A stretch of DNA of 64,000 nucleotides from positions 820 through 64,819 of the IMG/VR virus record IMGVR_UViG_3300035491_000271. One strand, written 5' to 3'. The notes beneath the pieces are model-generated. The model worked only from the letters and a program-made list of their open reading frames with translations. It had not been told where the DNA came from and did not search any database. The stretch is from a virus. Each line of letters opens with the position of its first letter. Positions within the stretch are counted from its first letter, which is position 1. The position numbers and the translations under genes were made by a program. Positions 8,168 to 18,304 of the stretch are shown here, one piece after another.

Positions 8168-11095
8168 TTGGAGACTGTGATGTCAAGAACCGATCTTAAT
8201 GCCATGATTGAGGCTGCCAAACTCAATCCCATGGCAGTACAACGCGCAGGCATCGAATACCTGGAAGCCGTGCATAATGGCGAGGTGGAGATTGTCGACC
8301 CGAGTAACGCATTTGTCTACCTCATGGAAATGGGTTCGACAATGTTTTCCAATCTGGCGCGCAAAGACGAACTGCTTAACCGGGTCCAGTACCCGGAACT
8401 GGCCATGACCCGTGATGAGCTGTACCGTCACATGAGCGATGTCGACTACATCAACGTATTCTCCAGCCCCTCGACGGCGCCCTTGCTGCTGATTTACAGT
8501 CTCAGCGAGATCATGGAGAAAGCGGTGGAGACCGGGCATGCTGGCATGCGTAAGTTGGTCATCCCTCGTCACACCAAGATCATGGCCGGCGATACTCCAT
8601 TCACACTTCAGTACCCGATTGAAATTCGGGTCCTACCGCATGGCGGCTTGCAGATTGTTTACGACAACTCCAGGCCATCGCCTTTGCAGCGTTTGGAGAC
8701 CAATAAAGTCGAGTGGTCGATCGTCAACTACAACGTCGGTCATGAAGAATTCGTACAGATCGAAGCACCCACCCAACAGATTGAGATCAAAAGCTACACC
8801 GCTCCGATGTCTGCGGCCAAGGTGTTTAACAAGACCTATAGCTTCACTGACAAATTTTACTTCTGTCGGGTCTATCAGAGCAATGCCCAAGGTGGATGGG
8901 ACGAGATCAAGACCACTCACAGTGATCAGGTCTTCGACCCGAACACACCGACAGCTGTACTTAAATTGCTCGAAGGACAGTTGAACGTCTCGATACCACA
9001 GGTCTACTACAGCACCGCGCTCGTAACCCGCACGCTGCGGATCGATATTTACACCACCCGTGGTGCGTTTGAACTGGCCCTTCAGGGCTATAGTTCCGAC
9101 ATGTTCAAGAGCACCTACCTTGACTATGACAACGATGACAATGGCAAATATACCTCGCCTGTGTCGCGGTTAGTCACCGGGTACTTCATGTCAGCCGGTC
9201 CAGCCACCGGTGGCTCGAATGCCATCAGCTTTGAAAAGCTGAAGAAGCGCGTGATCAACAACGCTCTAGGCAATATCGATGTACCCATCACCAACGTGCA
9301 GATCGAGTCTCAGTTGGACTTGTTGACCGATGCAGGGTTTAGCTGTGTGATGCACGTAGACAACGTCACCAATCGGCTGTACGCCGCGTCGCGAGAACTG
9401 CCGACACCAGACATCAAGGAGATCTCAAGTGGCATCGGGGCGAATGTCATTACGCTGACCAAAACCATTGATCAGCTATTGGCGAGTGCTGAAGTGGTGA
9501 ATAACGGCCAGCGCATTACGATACTGCCCAGTAACCTGTATCGGGATGAAGGTGGTTATCTGTCAGTCGTGGACAGGGAGGCTCGTGCGGCGCTGCTGGC
9601 CCAGCCAAGTGACGTGTTGGTCGAGCAGGTGAGTAATGGCAATTACTTCTACACGCCGTTTCACTACGTGTACGATGTCAGTGACGATGTGTTTTCGGTC
9701 AGGCCGTATTACTTTGGTTCGCCCGGACTGTCCAAACGTTTCTTCGTGATGGACAACGGTACCATGGGACTCGGCATCAACTCCAGTGGACATGACTTTA
9801 AGCGCACCGAAACCGGCTGGGTCCTGCGGGTGATGACCAACAGTACCGAAAGTACGAAGGAGCTGGACGACGATGGCTTGGTGGCGCAGATTGCCTACAT
9901 CCCGCCAGGGGAAGTAACCCGCGCCTGCTTGAACGGTGCCTTCGTTGGACGCGATCCGGAAAGTCGAGAGTGGATCTTCGAGTTCCGTTTCGATTCGAGC
10001 TGGGATGTGGACAAAGCCAATCGGGTCTATCTCGATGGGTTTGAGACCGATGGCATTTCCCCGCACCCATATCCGGCCGAGATGGACACTGTGTTCGACA
10101 TCTTCTACGGTGTGCGTTCTGATCTGGTGGACGTCACTGAGGAAACCCAGATCGATCAGATCATGGGTAAATTCCTTTTCGACGATCCGGTCAGCGGACT
10201 GTATCATGAGCAGGTGACGCTCACGCTGGGTCATGTACTGGATGGTCTCTGGGCACGGGCACGGTCGTCAGTAGGTGAGGAACAGTACCTGCGCTACGAT
10301 GAAGATGTCCCGATGGTCTACACCACCAACGTCCCAGCGCGTGACAGCGAGACAGGGGCTGTGCGCATCGAGTACGACGCCAATAACAAACCCTCGATCG
10401 TCTACGAACACCGCGCAGGCGATGTCGTCATGGAAGGTGACAATGTCGTTTACCTGCATCGTCGAGGAGATATCATCCTGCACAATGGTGAACCAGTGAT
10501 TGCTTCGCCGCGCACCGTACTGCGTCAAGTTGAGCTGTGTCTGTTTGACGGTACGTACTACTTCGTGACCAACCAGACCGATTTGACCTATCGTGACAGC
10601 GTGCCGGATCAGATCGTCCAGTGGGTCAATGTCACACTCAAACCCATTCGCAGTAAGCTTCTGGAGAAAACCAAGCTTTGGTTCCATCCGAAGGCGACGG
10701 TGGGTCTGATCGATGCATTGGTCGACGGTAGCATGCAGGTCACTCTACAAGCTGCTCAGCACCTGACGGTCGAATACTTCGTATCCAACAACGTCTATCG
10801 TGATGAAGCACTCAAGGAAGAGATTCGCAAAAGCACGCGTAAAGCGATCACCCAGGCTTTCAAGGAAACGCAAGTGACCCGCAACGGCCTGGAGACCTCG
10901 CTCAAGGAAATGATGGGTACTGATGTCATGGGTGTGACGGTTTCAAATCTCGGCGGTGAGCGCAACTTCAGTGTGATCTCCATGAGCGATGAATCGTCGC
11001 GTCTGTGCATTGGCAAGAAGCTGGTGGCACTGCCTAACGGCACCTTCGGGGTTGAAGACAGCATCACCATCGAGTTCGTCAAGCACTCGGTATAA
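8168..11095 (+). CDS. Large baseplate (wedge-type) structural protein (phiKZ gp87-like)
   Basis: 975 aa. 'ATGGSNAISFEKLKKRVIN' resembles the wedge/gpJ-gp6 'a.GG.d.Es.e.l+.r' segment. Size and synteny fit. Confidence 0.6.
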   Translation: METVMSRTDLNAMIEAAKLNPMAVQRAGIEYLEAVHNGEVEIVDPSNAFVYLMEMGSTMFSNLARKDELLNRVQYPELAMTRDELYRHMSDVDYINVFSSPSTAPLLLIYSLSEIMEKAVETGHAGMRKLVIPRHTKIMAGDTPFTLQYPIEIRVLPHGGLQIVYDNSRPSPLQRLETNKVEWSIVNYNVGHEEFVQIEAPTQQIEIKSYTAPMSAAKVFNKTYSFTDKFYFCRVYQSNAQGGWDEIKTTHSDQVFDPNTPTAVLKLLEGQLNVSIPQVYYSTALVTRTLRIDIYTTRGAFELALQGYSSDMFKSTYLDYDNDDNGKYTSPVSRLVTGYFMSAGPATGGSNAISFEKLKKRVINNALGNIDVPITNVQIESQLDLLTDAGFSCVMHVDNVTNRLYAASRELPTPDIKEISSGIGANVITLTKTIDQLLASAEVVNNGQRITILPSNLYRDEGGYLSVVDREARAALLAQPSDVLVEQVSNGNYFYTPFHYVYDVSDDVFSVRPYYFGSPGLSKRFFVMDNGTMGLGINSSGHDFKRTETGWVLRVMTNSTESTKELDDDGLVAQIAYIPPGEVTRACLNGAFVGRDPESREWIFEFRFDSSWDVDKANRVYLDGFETDGISPHPYPAEMDTVFDIFYGVRSDLVDVTEETQIDQIMGKFLFDDPVSGLYHEQVTLTLGHVLDGLWARARSSVGEEQYLRYDEDVPMVYTTNVPARDSETGAVRIEYDANNKPSIVYEHRAGDVVMEGDNVVYLHRRGDIILHNGEPVIASPRTVLRQVELCLFDGTYYFVTNQTDLTYRDSVPDQIVQWVNVTLKPIRSKLLEKTKLWFHPKATVGLIDALVDGSMQVTLQAAQHLTVEYFVSNNVYRDEALKEEIRKSTRKAITQAFKETQVTRNGLETSLKEMMGTDVMGVTVSNLGGERNFSVISMSDESSRLCIGKKLVALPNGTFGVEDSITIEFVKHSV

Positions 11096-11098
11096 CAG

Positions 11099-11130
11099 CA
11101 TAGAGGGAGGGCTTTGGCCCTCCCTCTATG
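11099..11130. repeat. Perfect hairpin with CATA...TATG foot between convergent genes
   Basis: CATAGAGGGAGGGC TTTG GCCCTCCCTCTATG; 14 bp stem with no T tract on either side. Confidence 0.75.
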
Positions 11131-11137
11131 CCGGGTA

Positions 11138-12247
11138 TCACTTTGCCATTGAACGATCGAGTAACTTAGTTGCCCGCCCGACCGCATTCCAGGTAGCAGA
11201 ATGCATCCAGACGCAAGCAGCAGCAATCCTCTCGAATGCCTTGAGGTCTTCCAAACGCTGTTGAAGTTCACTGATCTGTTCAGTAGCAGCACCAGTGGCC
11301 AACAGCTGCTTGAGCTTCTCTTGGGCATCTGCAACATGTGCCGATGTATTCTTTGCTACCATGGCGAGCTTGATCTCCACGCCGGCGTAGACCCCAATGC
11401 GCTGACTCAATGTACCGAGGAATTTTTCCAATTCCTGACCAGACAACGAGATGGTTGCATTACTGAGGTCGCGATCGACTGCTTTGATCAAGTCCATTGC
11501 ATGTGCAGCAGACTGGATTGAATTTACCGGGCCTGTAACAGTGAAGACCGTACCCAATGCAGCGACAGAAGAGATCACCTGAGTGTATTGAGTGTCAGCT
11601 GTGCGATCTGCCTGAGAGAGCGATTCTTGCAGTTGATCGAGGGCCGCGAAAGCGTGTTTGACCAAATCCCCTTCAACGATCGCGTGTACAAACTTATCCA
11701 CTGCGGCCCCCTTTTGCAGGAACAGTGGATTGATAGCAGTCGGAGAGAATTTAACCTTGACTTGTTTTGCGGCTGTGTCAATTTTCTTATTGACGACAGT
11801 CCGCTGGCGCAGGAAGGTCATCAGTGCAGTGGCATTCTTCTTCAACCAGTCGATTAGCTGCTTGATCTTTTCAACGATTGCCGAGATAATTCGATGAAGC
11901 ATGCTTTCCATGGTCGGCTGGAAATTAACCTTCGAAGGCAGTTCGGTATAACTACCCATTGGCAGTAACTCAAACGCGTCTTGGAAACCTTCCAGAGAAG
12001 TGGATATCTGGGCCAATGCAGCTGCGTCACTGCGTGAGATTGAGCCAGTCTCACGGATGTCACTTACCACACTGATCAGACTTTCCAGAGCCGGAACCAC
12101 ATCTGGAGTGGTTTCTTCAAACGCCTGCATCTCTTCGGGTGTGAACCCCGTCAGATCCTCAAGAAGATCCTCAAGCGAGGTCTTTTCAATTGCGAGTGCT
12201 TCTTCATCGGTGATCAGTGGGCATTCATCAGGAACAGTGATGGACAT
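11138..12247 (-). CDS. Virion internal head-type protein
   Basis: Probable start MSITVPDE at 12247 (369 aa). Acidic propeptide with SLE, ALE and TME sites followed by an amphipathic helix, as in the gp93-97 family. Confidence 0.65.
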   Translation of the reverse strand: MSITVPDECPLITDEEALAIEKTSLEDLLEDLTGFTPEEMQAFEETTPDVVPALESLISVVSDIRETGSISRSDAAALAQISTSLEGFQDAFELLPMGSYTELPSKVNFQPTMESMLHRIISAIVEKIKQLIDWLKKNATALMTFLRQRTVVNKKIDTAAKQVKVKFSPTAINPLFLQKGAAVDKFVHAIVEGDLVKHAFAALDQLQESLSQADRTADTQYTQVISSVAALGTVFTVTGPVNSIQSAAHAMDLIKAVDRDLSNATISLSGQELEKFLGTLSQRIGVYAGVEIKLAMVAKNTSAHVADAQEKLKQLLATGAATEQISELQQRLEDLKAFERIAAACVWMHSATWNAVGRATKLLDRSMAK

Positions 12248-12296
12248 TCGGGTATCCTCATAAACGAGGGGTGACTGAGCACCCCTCTTAAAGAGA

Positions 12297-12728
12297 TCAG
12301 ACAACGAAGCGACGGATGAACTCAGCCACGTCGGAACGCAGCAAGTTACCATAGCCGCAGTTCAGGACTTCGGCATGAACTGGATCGACACTCTGCTCGA
12401 ACGCCGGGCGCTTGAGTTGAGCGACGATGTCAGTGCAGCTCAGCTGGCGGGGTTCGTGACACAGTACGTAGCGGTTGCGGTAAACGTCGATCACCATGTT
12501 GTAGGTGACATTGACCGAGAACGGGTAGAGTTCGTTCATCTCGCCGATGACGCGCTTGGCGGTCTCGGCATGGAACTGTTCGAAATGAGCGACCACCGAA
12601 TCGACAGCCGCCGATGGCAGGGTGAAGGCGTAGCCCAGTTCGATGGCCAGAGCGGTTTCGAGGAAAGGTTTGCGCAGTTCAGGTTTTTCACAGCCTTCAA
12701 GGAGCTGAAGCAGGCGTTGCAGTTTCAT
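12297..12728 (-). CDS. Hypothetical protein
   Basis: 143 aa, starts 6 nt after the stop of the upstream gene. Confidence 0.65.
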   Translation of the reverse strand: MKLQRLLQLLEGCEKPELRKPFLETALAIELGYAFTLPSAAVDSVVAHFEQFHAETAKRVIGEMNELYPFSVNVTYNMVIDVYRNRYVLCHEPRQLSCTDIVAQLKRPAFEQSVDPVHAEVLNCGYGNLLRSDVAEFIRRFVV

Positions 12729-12733
12729 GGTAT

Positions 12734-14059
12734 TTACACCGTTTGCAGTTTGTTGGAGAGTTCGAAGAGGCGGTTGTTGACCAGCTCTTCGAGTTGACGC
12801 TGGAATTTCTGCTCAGCCGGACGACCGTTGAAGATGCCGGTGAGCCAGGCCGAGAATACCGCCGGGCCGAAGTAATGCTTGTGGGTCAGGTTATCGACGA
12901 TTTCATCGATTGCCTGAATCTGCTCGATCAGACCCCGGCGCTGTTGCACAGTCAGATTCTGATCTTTGGAGGAGGCGATCACTTCGCGGCGCATGGCCTT
13001 ATAGCGGTGCTCGATTGGATCGTAGGCACCATCATCGCCGCCGCTGAACAGAACCATGACAACGCTGAAGAAACCACCGATAATCAAGGCTGGGATGACG
13101 GCACCAGGGCCGAAAGCGGCGATCATATACGCCGCTGGAAACAGACCGGCTCCGAGATGAGTCAACCAATGTCCCATCGAGGCGATGTAGTTGGCAGTGC
13201 GGCCTCGGTATTCGGCAAGGTACGCAGGATACGCTTTGTACATGAGATCCAGTGCTTGGACGATCAGGTGTGCGCCGCCATGACGGGCCACAAATTGGTC
13301 AGAGCTGAATTCGAAAGCGCGGCGGTCATAGAACTTGGTGCCCAATTCAGAACGAATGCTCTCGACAACCGAGGCCAGTACAATCTGCTGGATCACCAGT
13401 GGATCACTGCTACGGTTGATTTCGCCGAGGTCACGAATACGCCAGCCAGTCTTCTGCTCGGCGACCCTGACAACTTCTTGAACCACTTTGTCATCTTCGC
13501 CTTCGTGTTGACGCCGCAGGATTTCAGAAACGACGACGTTACCCAACGCCATCTTGCCAAGGTAGCGCAGGTAGGTAAAAGCGTGACCCATTTCATGGGT
13601 CAGGATGGCCGCAATATGTTCGCCTTTAATGACGTCTCTGAGGGACGGCCAAGTAAAGAACTCAATAGCGCAGAAGATATCCACCGGAATATCACTGTAA
13701 GCGCCACTGACCTTACCGGTCTTGATGTTGACCTCGCCTTTGAAAAGTTCTTGCTCTGATACAGGGCGTTTCAGGCGCGTGACGCATTCGACGATCTGAT
13801 CGGAGCGCATTGGGTTGGCGGCATTGGCCTGAGGTGGGATCACGAAGGCGTTCGGACCACCTTGCCTGATGAAATGGAAATTGAAGGTCATGCCGGTGTG
13901 CTTCTTGGCAATCTTCTTCATAGCGGCGCTGACAGCATTGAACGTTGCATTAGATGGATCGCTCAATGCAGAGTCCAGCTGAAGGGCCAGTTCAGCAATC
14001 AGTTTGGAATCTCGCTGGAAGTCAATCGCTTCCATCGAGGCAATTAGTGCTTTGTTCAT
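12734..14059 (-). CDS. Virion protein with zinc-metallopeptidase (HExxH) motif and a hydrophobic segment
   Basis: 441 aa. ILTHEMGH, downstream 'FEFSSDQF' (third-ligand Glu pattern), and a hydrophobic stretch 'AGLFPAAYMIAAFGPGAVIPALIIGGFFSVVMVLF'. Confidence 0.65.
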   Translation of the reverse strand: MNKALIASMEAIDFQRDSKLIAELALQLDSALSDPSNATFNAVSAAMKKIAKKHTGMTFNFHFIRQGGPNAFVIPPQANAANPMRSDQIVECVTRLKRPVSEQELFKGEVNIKTGKVSGAYSDIPVDIFCAIEFFTWPSLRDVIKGEHIAAILTHEMGHAFTYLRYLGKMALGNVVVSEILRRQHEGEDDKVVQEVVRVAEQKTGWRIRDLGEINRSSDPLVIQQIVLASVVESIRSELGTKFYDRRAFEFSSDQFVARHGGAHLIVQALDLMYKAYPAYLAEYRGRTANYIASMGHWLTHLGAGLFPAAYMIAAFGPGAVIPALIIGGFFSVVMVLFSGGDDGAYDPIEHRYKAMRREVIASSKDQNLTVQQRRGLIEQIQAIDEIVDNLTHKHYFGPAVFSAWLTGIFNGRPAEQKFQRQLEELVNNRLFELSNKLQTV

Positions 14060-14187
14060 AGGTGGTCTCGTAAAAGTCAGGTTGGCATGAAGAACCCATC
14101 ATAGAGATTGGCGTAAATTGTTACTACCTGTATATATCCATTTGAAAGAGGGCAGCGCCCTCACCCACTTGATACAGGACGCTTCTC

Positions 14188-15951
14188 ATGTCAGTTGTAA
14201 AGAAAGCCCCGCTCTTTGACAAGGATGAGGTGCTTGGTCTTGAGTGCAAACACGCGGTTTACACCGAGAGTTCCCTGAATCCTGATGATGATCTGTTGAC
14301 CGTCAAGGAGCTGGTTCACCTTAAAGATGGTCGCAAGATTCCACGACTGCGCTTTTACAAGAACAGGCCGCGGACGTTTGGTATCACCAAAGAGAAATAC
14401 CGTAATCACAAAGACAAAAAAGAAGTCGAAGACATTGACAAGCTGGTCATCGTAGAGACCACGCAGCGGGCGTTAAACCGCAACATCGTCAAACGCCTGG
14501 GGTACGGTAACCCCAATACCCAATTGCGCATGCTGTGCCGCAGCCCGTTCATCTACGGGGCCGATATCACCCCAGCCACACTGATCAAGCAACAATACCG
14601 TGAAAAGTGGCCGGGATTGTTCTACTCCAACCAAGTGGCCGTACTCGATACCGAAACCGACATGTGGAACGGGGACGGTAAGGATGTGATCATCTCCACG
14701 GTGACGTTCAAGAAGAAAGCTATCATCACCATTCTTGATACGTGGATCAAAGGCATTCCTGATCCGATCAACACCATCCTTAAAGCACTGGATGAACATC
14801 TAGGACATATCACCCGACCACGGGGTATTGAGTTTGAAATTCAGATTCAAAAGTCTGGTGGGGAAATGATCAAGACCTGTATTGATCGTTGCCATGAATG
14901 GATGCCTGACTTTGTCAGCTTCTGGAACATGGACTTCGATATGACGGTCATGATCCGAGAACTGGAGCGTTCCGGGTACAACCTGGCCGATGTGTTCAGT
15001 GCCCCGGAAGTCCCGCCAGAGTTTCGTTATTTCTACTACAAGCGCGGTCCTGACCAGAAAGTCAAGGCCGATGGCAAGTCGGAGAACCTCGCGTGGTACG
15101 ATCGCTGGCACGTGGTGACAACTCCTTCCAGCCACTTCTGGATTGACTCGGCAGCCGTCTACCGGAACATCCGGCGGGCTAAGGGTAAGGAGCCTAGCTA
15201 CGCACTGGACAACATCCTCAGAAAGAACCTGGGCGATGACTGGGGCAAGTTGTACTTCCCCATGGGTGATTCCAAGGCCTCGCCTGGCAGTGTCGAATGG
15301 CACCGGCAGATGCAGAAGGACTACAAAGTCAACTACGTAGTCTATAACGTCTACGACTGCTTGGGTGTTGAGCTGCTGGATGAGAAGGTCACTGACCTGA
15401 ACACCCAGATCGGGATTCTGTCGGAGAGTTCGGAATACACTATCTTCAACTCCAACCCTAAGCGCAATATCAACGCCTTCTACTTTGACATGCTCAAAGA
15501 CGGCAAGATGGCCGGGACCTTGTCAGATCAAATGGAGGATGAGCTTGACAAGCTCTTGCTGGGCAAGGATGATTGGATCGTTACGTTGCCGACGAGTCTG
15601 GTGGAAGCCAATGGCGTGTACATGATCAAAGACCTGCCTTCGGTCAGAAGCTTTGTTCGTCGCTACACCTCGGACGCGGACATCGGTTCGACCTACCCGA
15701 ACGGTGAAATCATCCTGAACCTGTCGAAGATGACCACGATGTATGAAGTTGGTCGAATTGCCGGGATCACTGCCAGCAAGCAGCGATTGGTAGGTATCAA
15801 CCTGACGGGTGGGCCGGTCAACTCGATTGAGATTCTCACTGACGTGATGAAAGCCCCTGACCCCTTCCAGCTCTTGGAAGCGTTCGAGGCTGAACTGGCT
15901 CAGGAAGAGACTCCGGCGCAAAAGACTCTCAGGCTAAGCTCGGTAGTCTGA
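14188..15951 (+). CDS. Split family-B DNA polymerase, exonuclease-containing subunit (phiKZ gp82-like)
   Basis: 587 aa. ExoI DTETD, ExoII FWNMDFD, ExoIII YNVYD, and polB motif A 'DADIGSTYPN'. Confidence 0.85.
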   Translation: MSVVKKAPLFDKDEVLGLECKHAVYTESSLNPDDDLLTVKELVHLKDGRKIPRLRFYKNRPRTFGITKEKYRNHKDKKEVEDIDKLVIVETTQRALNRNIVKRLGYGNPNTQLRMLCRSPFIYGADITPATLIKQQYREKWPGLFYSNQVAVLDTETDMWNGDGKDVIISTVTFKKKAIITILDTWIKGIPDPINTILKALDEHLGHITRPRGIEFEIQIQKSGGEMIKTCIDRCHEWMPDFVSFWNMDFDMTVMIRELERSGYNLADVFSAPEVPPEFRYFYYKRGPDQKVKADGKSENLAWYDRWHVVTTPSSHFWIDSAAVYRNIRRAKGKEPSYALDNILRKNLGDDWGKLYFPMGDSKASPGSVEWHRQMQKDYKVNYVVYNVYDCLGVELLDEKVTDLNTQIGILSESSEYTIFNSNPKRNINAFYFDMLKDGKMAGTLSDQMEDELDKLLLGKDDWIVTLPTSLVEANGVYMIKDLPSVRSFVRRYTSDADIGSTYPNGEIILNLSKMTTMYEVGRIAGITASKQRLVGINLTGGPVNSIEILTDVMKAPDPFQLLEAFEAELAQEETPAQKTLRLSSVV

Positions 15952-16015
15952 CCAAAGAAAAAAAAGAAAGAAGCACAGGAGACTGGTACTAGGCCATTAC
16001 AGCCTAGTACCAGTC
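15952..16015 (-). terminator. Intrinsic terminator (possibly bidirectional)
   Basis: 14 bp stem GACTGGTACTAGGC/GCCTAGTACCAGTC (15981-16015) with an A-rich run on its left, between convergent genes. Confidence 0.7.
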
Positions 16016-16033
16016 CCTATGTCGTTTCTTCGA

Positions 16034-16282
16034 TTACATCAGAGAGCGAATTACATCCATTAGCCAGTAGGCGTGTTCCGTAATTGTATCCCATCGTTTA
16101 AATACCTTGTAGCCCAGAGACAGGAGTTGCCATTTGTAACGGTCAACCCATTGCACGGTACGGTGTAACACAGGTGTTTTCTGTGTCTTTCTTACCTCTT
16201 CGGTTGCAGGTACATTGGTTGTGGTGTAAGTTGCATTTACTGTAACGGTCACCTTTATTATCAAGACTTTATTATTTTTCAT
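16034..16282 (-). CDS. Small AT-rich hypothetical protein
   Basis: 82 aa with upstream AAGGA SD. Composition is visibly AT-richer than the neighbours. Confidence 0.55.
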   Translation of the reverse strand: MKNNKVLIIKVTVTVNATYTTTNVPATEEVRKTQKTPVLHRTVQWVDRYKWQLLSLGYKVFKRWDTITEHAYWLMDVIRSLM

Positions 16283-16402
16283 ACGTAGTTCCTTATTTAA
16301 GCCCAGGTCAATCGAGACCCAGAGCAGTTAGTGTGTCGCCCAACCAGTTACACCTACGCGATCCCTTATCGGCAGGCAGGAGGGTTGCTCTCCTAATGCT
16401 TA

Positions 16403-16442
16403 AGGTATCACGTCTTGATGGGTTTGTCAAGACGTGATACCT
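16403..16442. repeat. Perfect 16 bp inverted repeat
   Basis: AGGTATCACGTCTTGA-8 nt-TCAAGACGTGATACCT. Confidence 0.8.
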
Positions 16443-16456
16443 AGTTAGTTACATTG

Positions 16457-17173
16457 TCAGATCAGTCGATGGGATTCGATGTCCTCGGCTTTCAGGTCGA
16501 TGTAAAACTCCTCGACGCTGTAAGGACCGTCTATCAGCTTGCCCTCGCTGAATCGAGCCAAGATGCGACACATACCACAGATACGGACAGCATGGCCCTC
16601 AGAGAGCTTCGCAGCCACCTTCATGACATCCTCCTGCCGCTCGGCGTAGAAGTACGGCTGCATGTGGGTTTCCAACTGAATGGTCAGTTGACAATAATGG
16701 TTCTCATACGGCAGGTATTCAAACGCCTTGTTGTTGAACAGGTAGTGTTTGAAGTAGCTGTACTCACCCACGATGGTTACATCGTCGATGACGACTTTGA
16801 CCAGCCGGCCGTAATTGATGCCATTTTTAATAACGGGTGTCATTTGTGGTGCTCCCATGATCTCGGTTGGAAGGACCTCACAGGGAAGTCCGTTGATGTA
16901 GCTGATGCAGTTCACGTCCAGCCCTGACAACACAGTGGTACCATCGACTTTAAGGCAATGGTCAGCGTGCTGTTCTGCTTCAGGAACCGTATCGTCGTAC
17001 AGCTCGAGCAGACGCGCGCACAACGACTCATCGACACGAATGACCATCTGCGTCTCTGCATTGGGCATGCCACGCGCAACACTGACACTTTGACATGTCA
17101 GGGCGTAGTTCGCCCCTTCAGGCAAGGTGACTGCAAATGCAGCTAAGCGGCGTTTGAGTTCAGTTACATCCAT
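16457..17173 (-). CDS. Hypothetical protein
   Basis: 238 aa with GGAG SD and phage-like codon usage. Confidence 0.7.
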   Translation of the reverse strand: MDVTELKRRLAAFAVTLPEGANYALTCQSVSVARGMPNAETQMVIRVDESLCARLLELYDDTVPEAEQHADHCLKVDGTTVLSGLDVNCISYINGLPCEVLPTEIMGAPQMTPVIKNGINYGRLVKVVIDDVTIVGEYSYFKHYLFNNKAFEYLPYENHYCQLTIQLETHMQPYFYAERQEDVMKVAAKLSEGHAVRICGMCRILARFSEGKLIDGPYSVEEFYIDLKAEDIESHRLI

Positions 17174-17190
17174 GCTGGTATCTCCTTGAG

Positions 17191-17598
17191 TTAATCTTCG
17201 TCAACAGGCCATTCATCATCATCGATTGGGTCATCCTCGATCTCGTCATCATCGGGAAGCTCATCGAGTTCTTCTGCATAGCGTGCACGCTGGTGTTCAA
17301 CACAGGCTTCACAGAGTTCGTAGACCGGGCCATTGTGCCCTTCTTCGAAATCACGGTAAGGCTTGAGGTTGGTGGAGTGAGTTCCGCAACTATCACAATT
17401 ACCTTCAATCGTTGCATTGCGGATTTCATCGGTACGGATGGTCAGATGTTCAGCGCAGTAGTATTCCCACTCGACGCCCATCGAATCCACTTCACCGGCG
17501 ATCTTGCCATCTGCGTGCTCATTACAGTCTTCGTACTCGCAGTTAAATGCTCGTTCCTCACTAACCAGTGACCGACGGGCACCAGGTAGAATAGACAT
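17191..17598 (-). CDS. Cys-rich (putative zinc-binding) protein with acidic tail
   Basis: 135 aa. CEYEDC, CAEH, CDSC and CEAC motifs, then a D/E-rich C-terminus. Confidence 0.65.
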   Translation of the reverse strand: MSILPGARRSLVSEERAFNCEYEDCNEHADGKIAGEVDSMGVEWEYYCAEHLTIRTDEIRNATIEGNCDSCGTHSTNLKPYRDFEEGHNGPVYELCEACVEHQRARYAEELDELPDDDEIEDDPIDDDEWPVDED

Positions 17599-17662
17599 GG
17601 TAATCTCCTTTAGATTATGGGTTATCCACGACTATCATGTATCGCTACAATTAATTCGAATC

Positions 17663-17699
17663 GATCATAGAGCCAGGGCAATGCCCTGGCTCTATGATC
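17663..17699. repeat. Perfect hairpin with CATA...TATG foot
   Basis: GATCATAGAGCCAGGGC AAT GCCCTGGCTCTATGATC; 17 bp stem. Confidence 0.75.
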
Positions 17700-18264
17700 A
17701 CCACTTAAATGCAGGAGGCAAGCTTTCCAGCGAGGCATCATCTACGACTGTGCCAGTCTTTTGAAGCATCCGTTTGAGGTTCTTCTCCCGTTGCTGATCC
17801 GAGAACAGGGTGGAAGAATCCCAGCCCCATTGCAGCAGACCCTGCCGTTGTTTGACATTGCACTTCTTGTCAGACAGCGAACAACTGGATTTGAGTTGGC
17901 CCATGTGCCTTGCTACAAAACTCTTCCAGCGCTTGATCTGCTTATCATCCTCAGTGCCTAAACGACGCCCAAGGTAGTAAAGACAGTACCAGTGGAACCA
18001 ACCTCCTTCATCGGTCATGATCCAGCCATTGGCCTTCCATGCAGACAAGGGCTGTCTGGATTTGACGCCATAGTAGTTCAACGAGACGTCGGGTGGATCT
18101 TTGGGACCTACGACTTTTTTGATCTTCTTCCAAGAGGCAGGGATGCCCTTGATGATGTTGATGTACTTGCCTTCAAAGACACCCATCTCCAGCATTTCTT
18201 CAGGTGTGAAGGACGGAGTGAATTCAGGGTGCCAGGTTTTCTTTTGTGCTTCCATGGAGATCAT
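17698..18264 (-). CDS. Conserved hypothetical protein (Trp/Tyr-rich 'GWFHWYCLYYLGRR' family)
   Basis: 188 aa with motifs FTPEEMLEMGVFEGKY, YYGVKS, GWFHWYC, RQGLLQW. Confidence 0.75.
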   Translation of the reverse strand: MISMEAQKKTWHPEFTPSFTPEEMLEMGVFEGKYINIIKGIPASWKKIKKVVGPKDPPDVSLNYYGVKSRQPLSAWKANGWIMTDEGGWFHWYCLYYLGRRLGTEDDKQIKRWKSFVARHMGQLKSSCSLSDKKCNVKQRQGLLQWGWDSSTLFSDQQREKNLKRMLQKTGTVVDDASLESLPPAFKW

Positions 18265-18304
18265 GATCGCAGTCTCGGTATGGGGTTATCCATAGCGATA
18301 CGAA

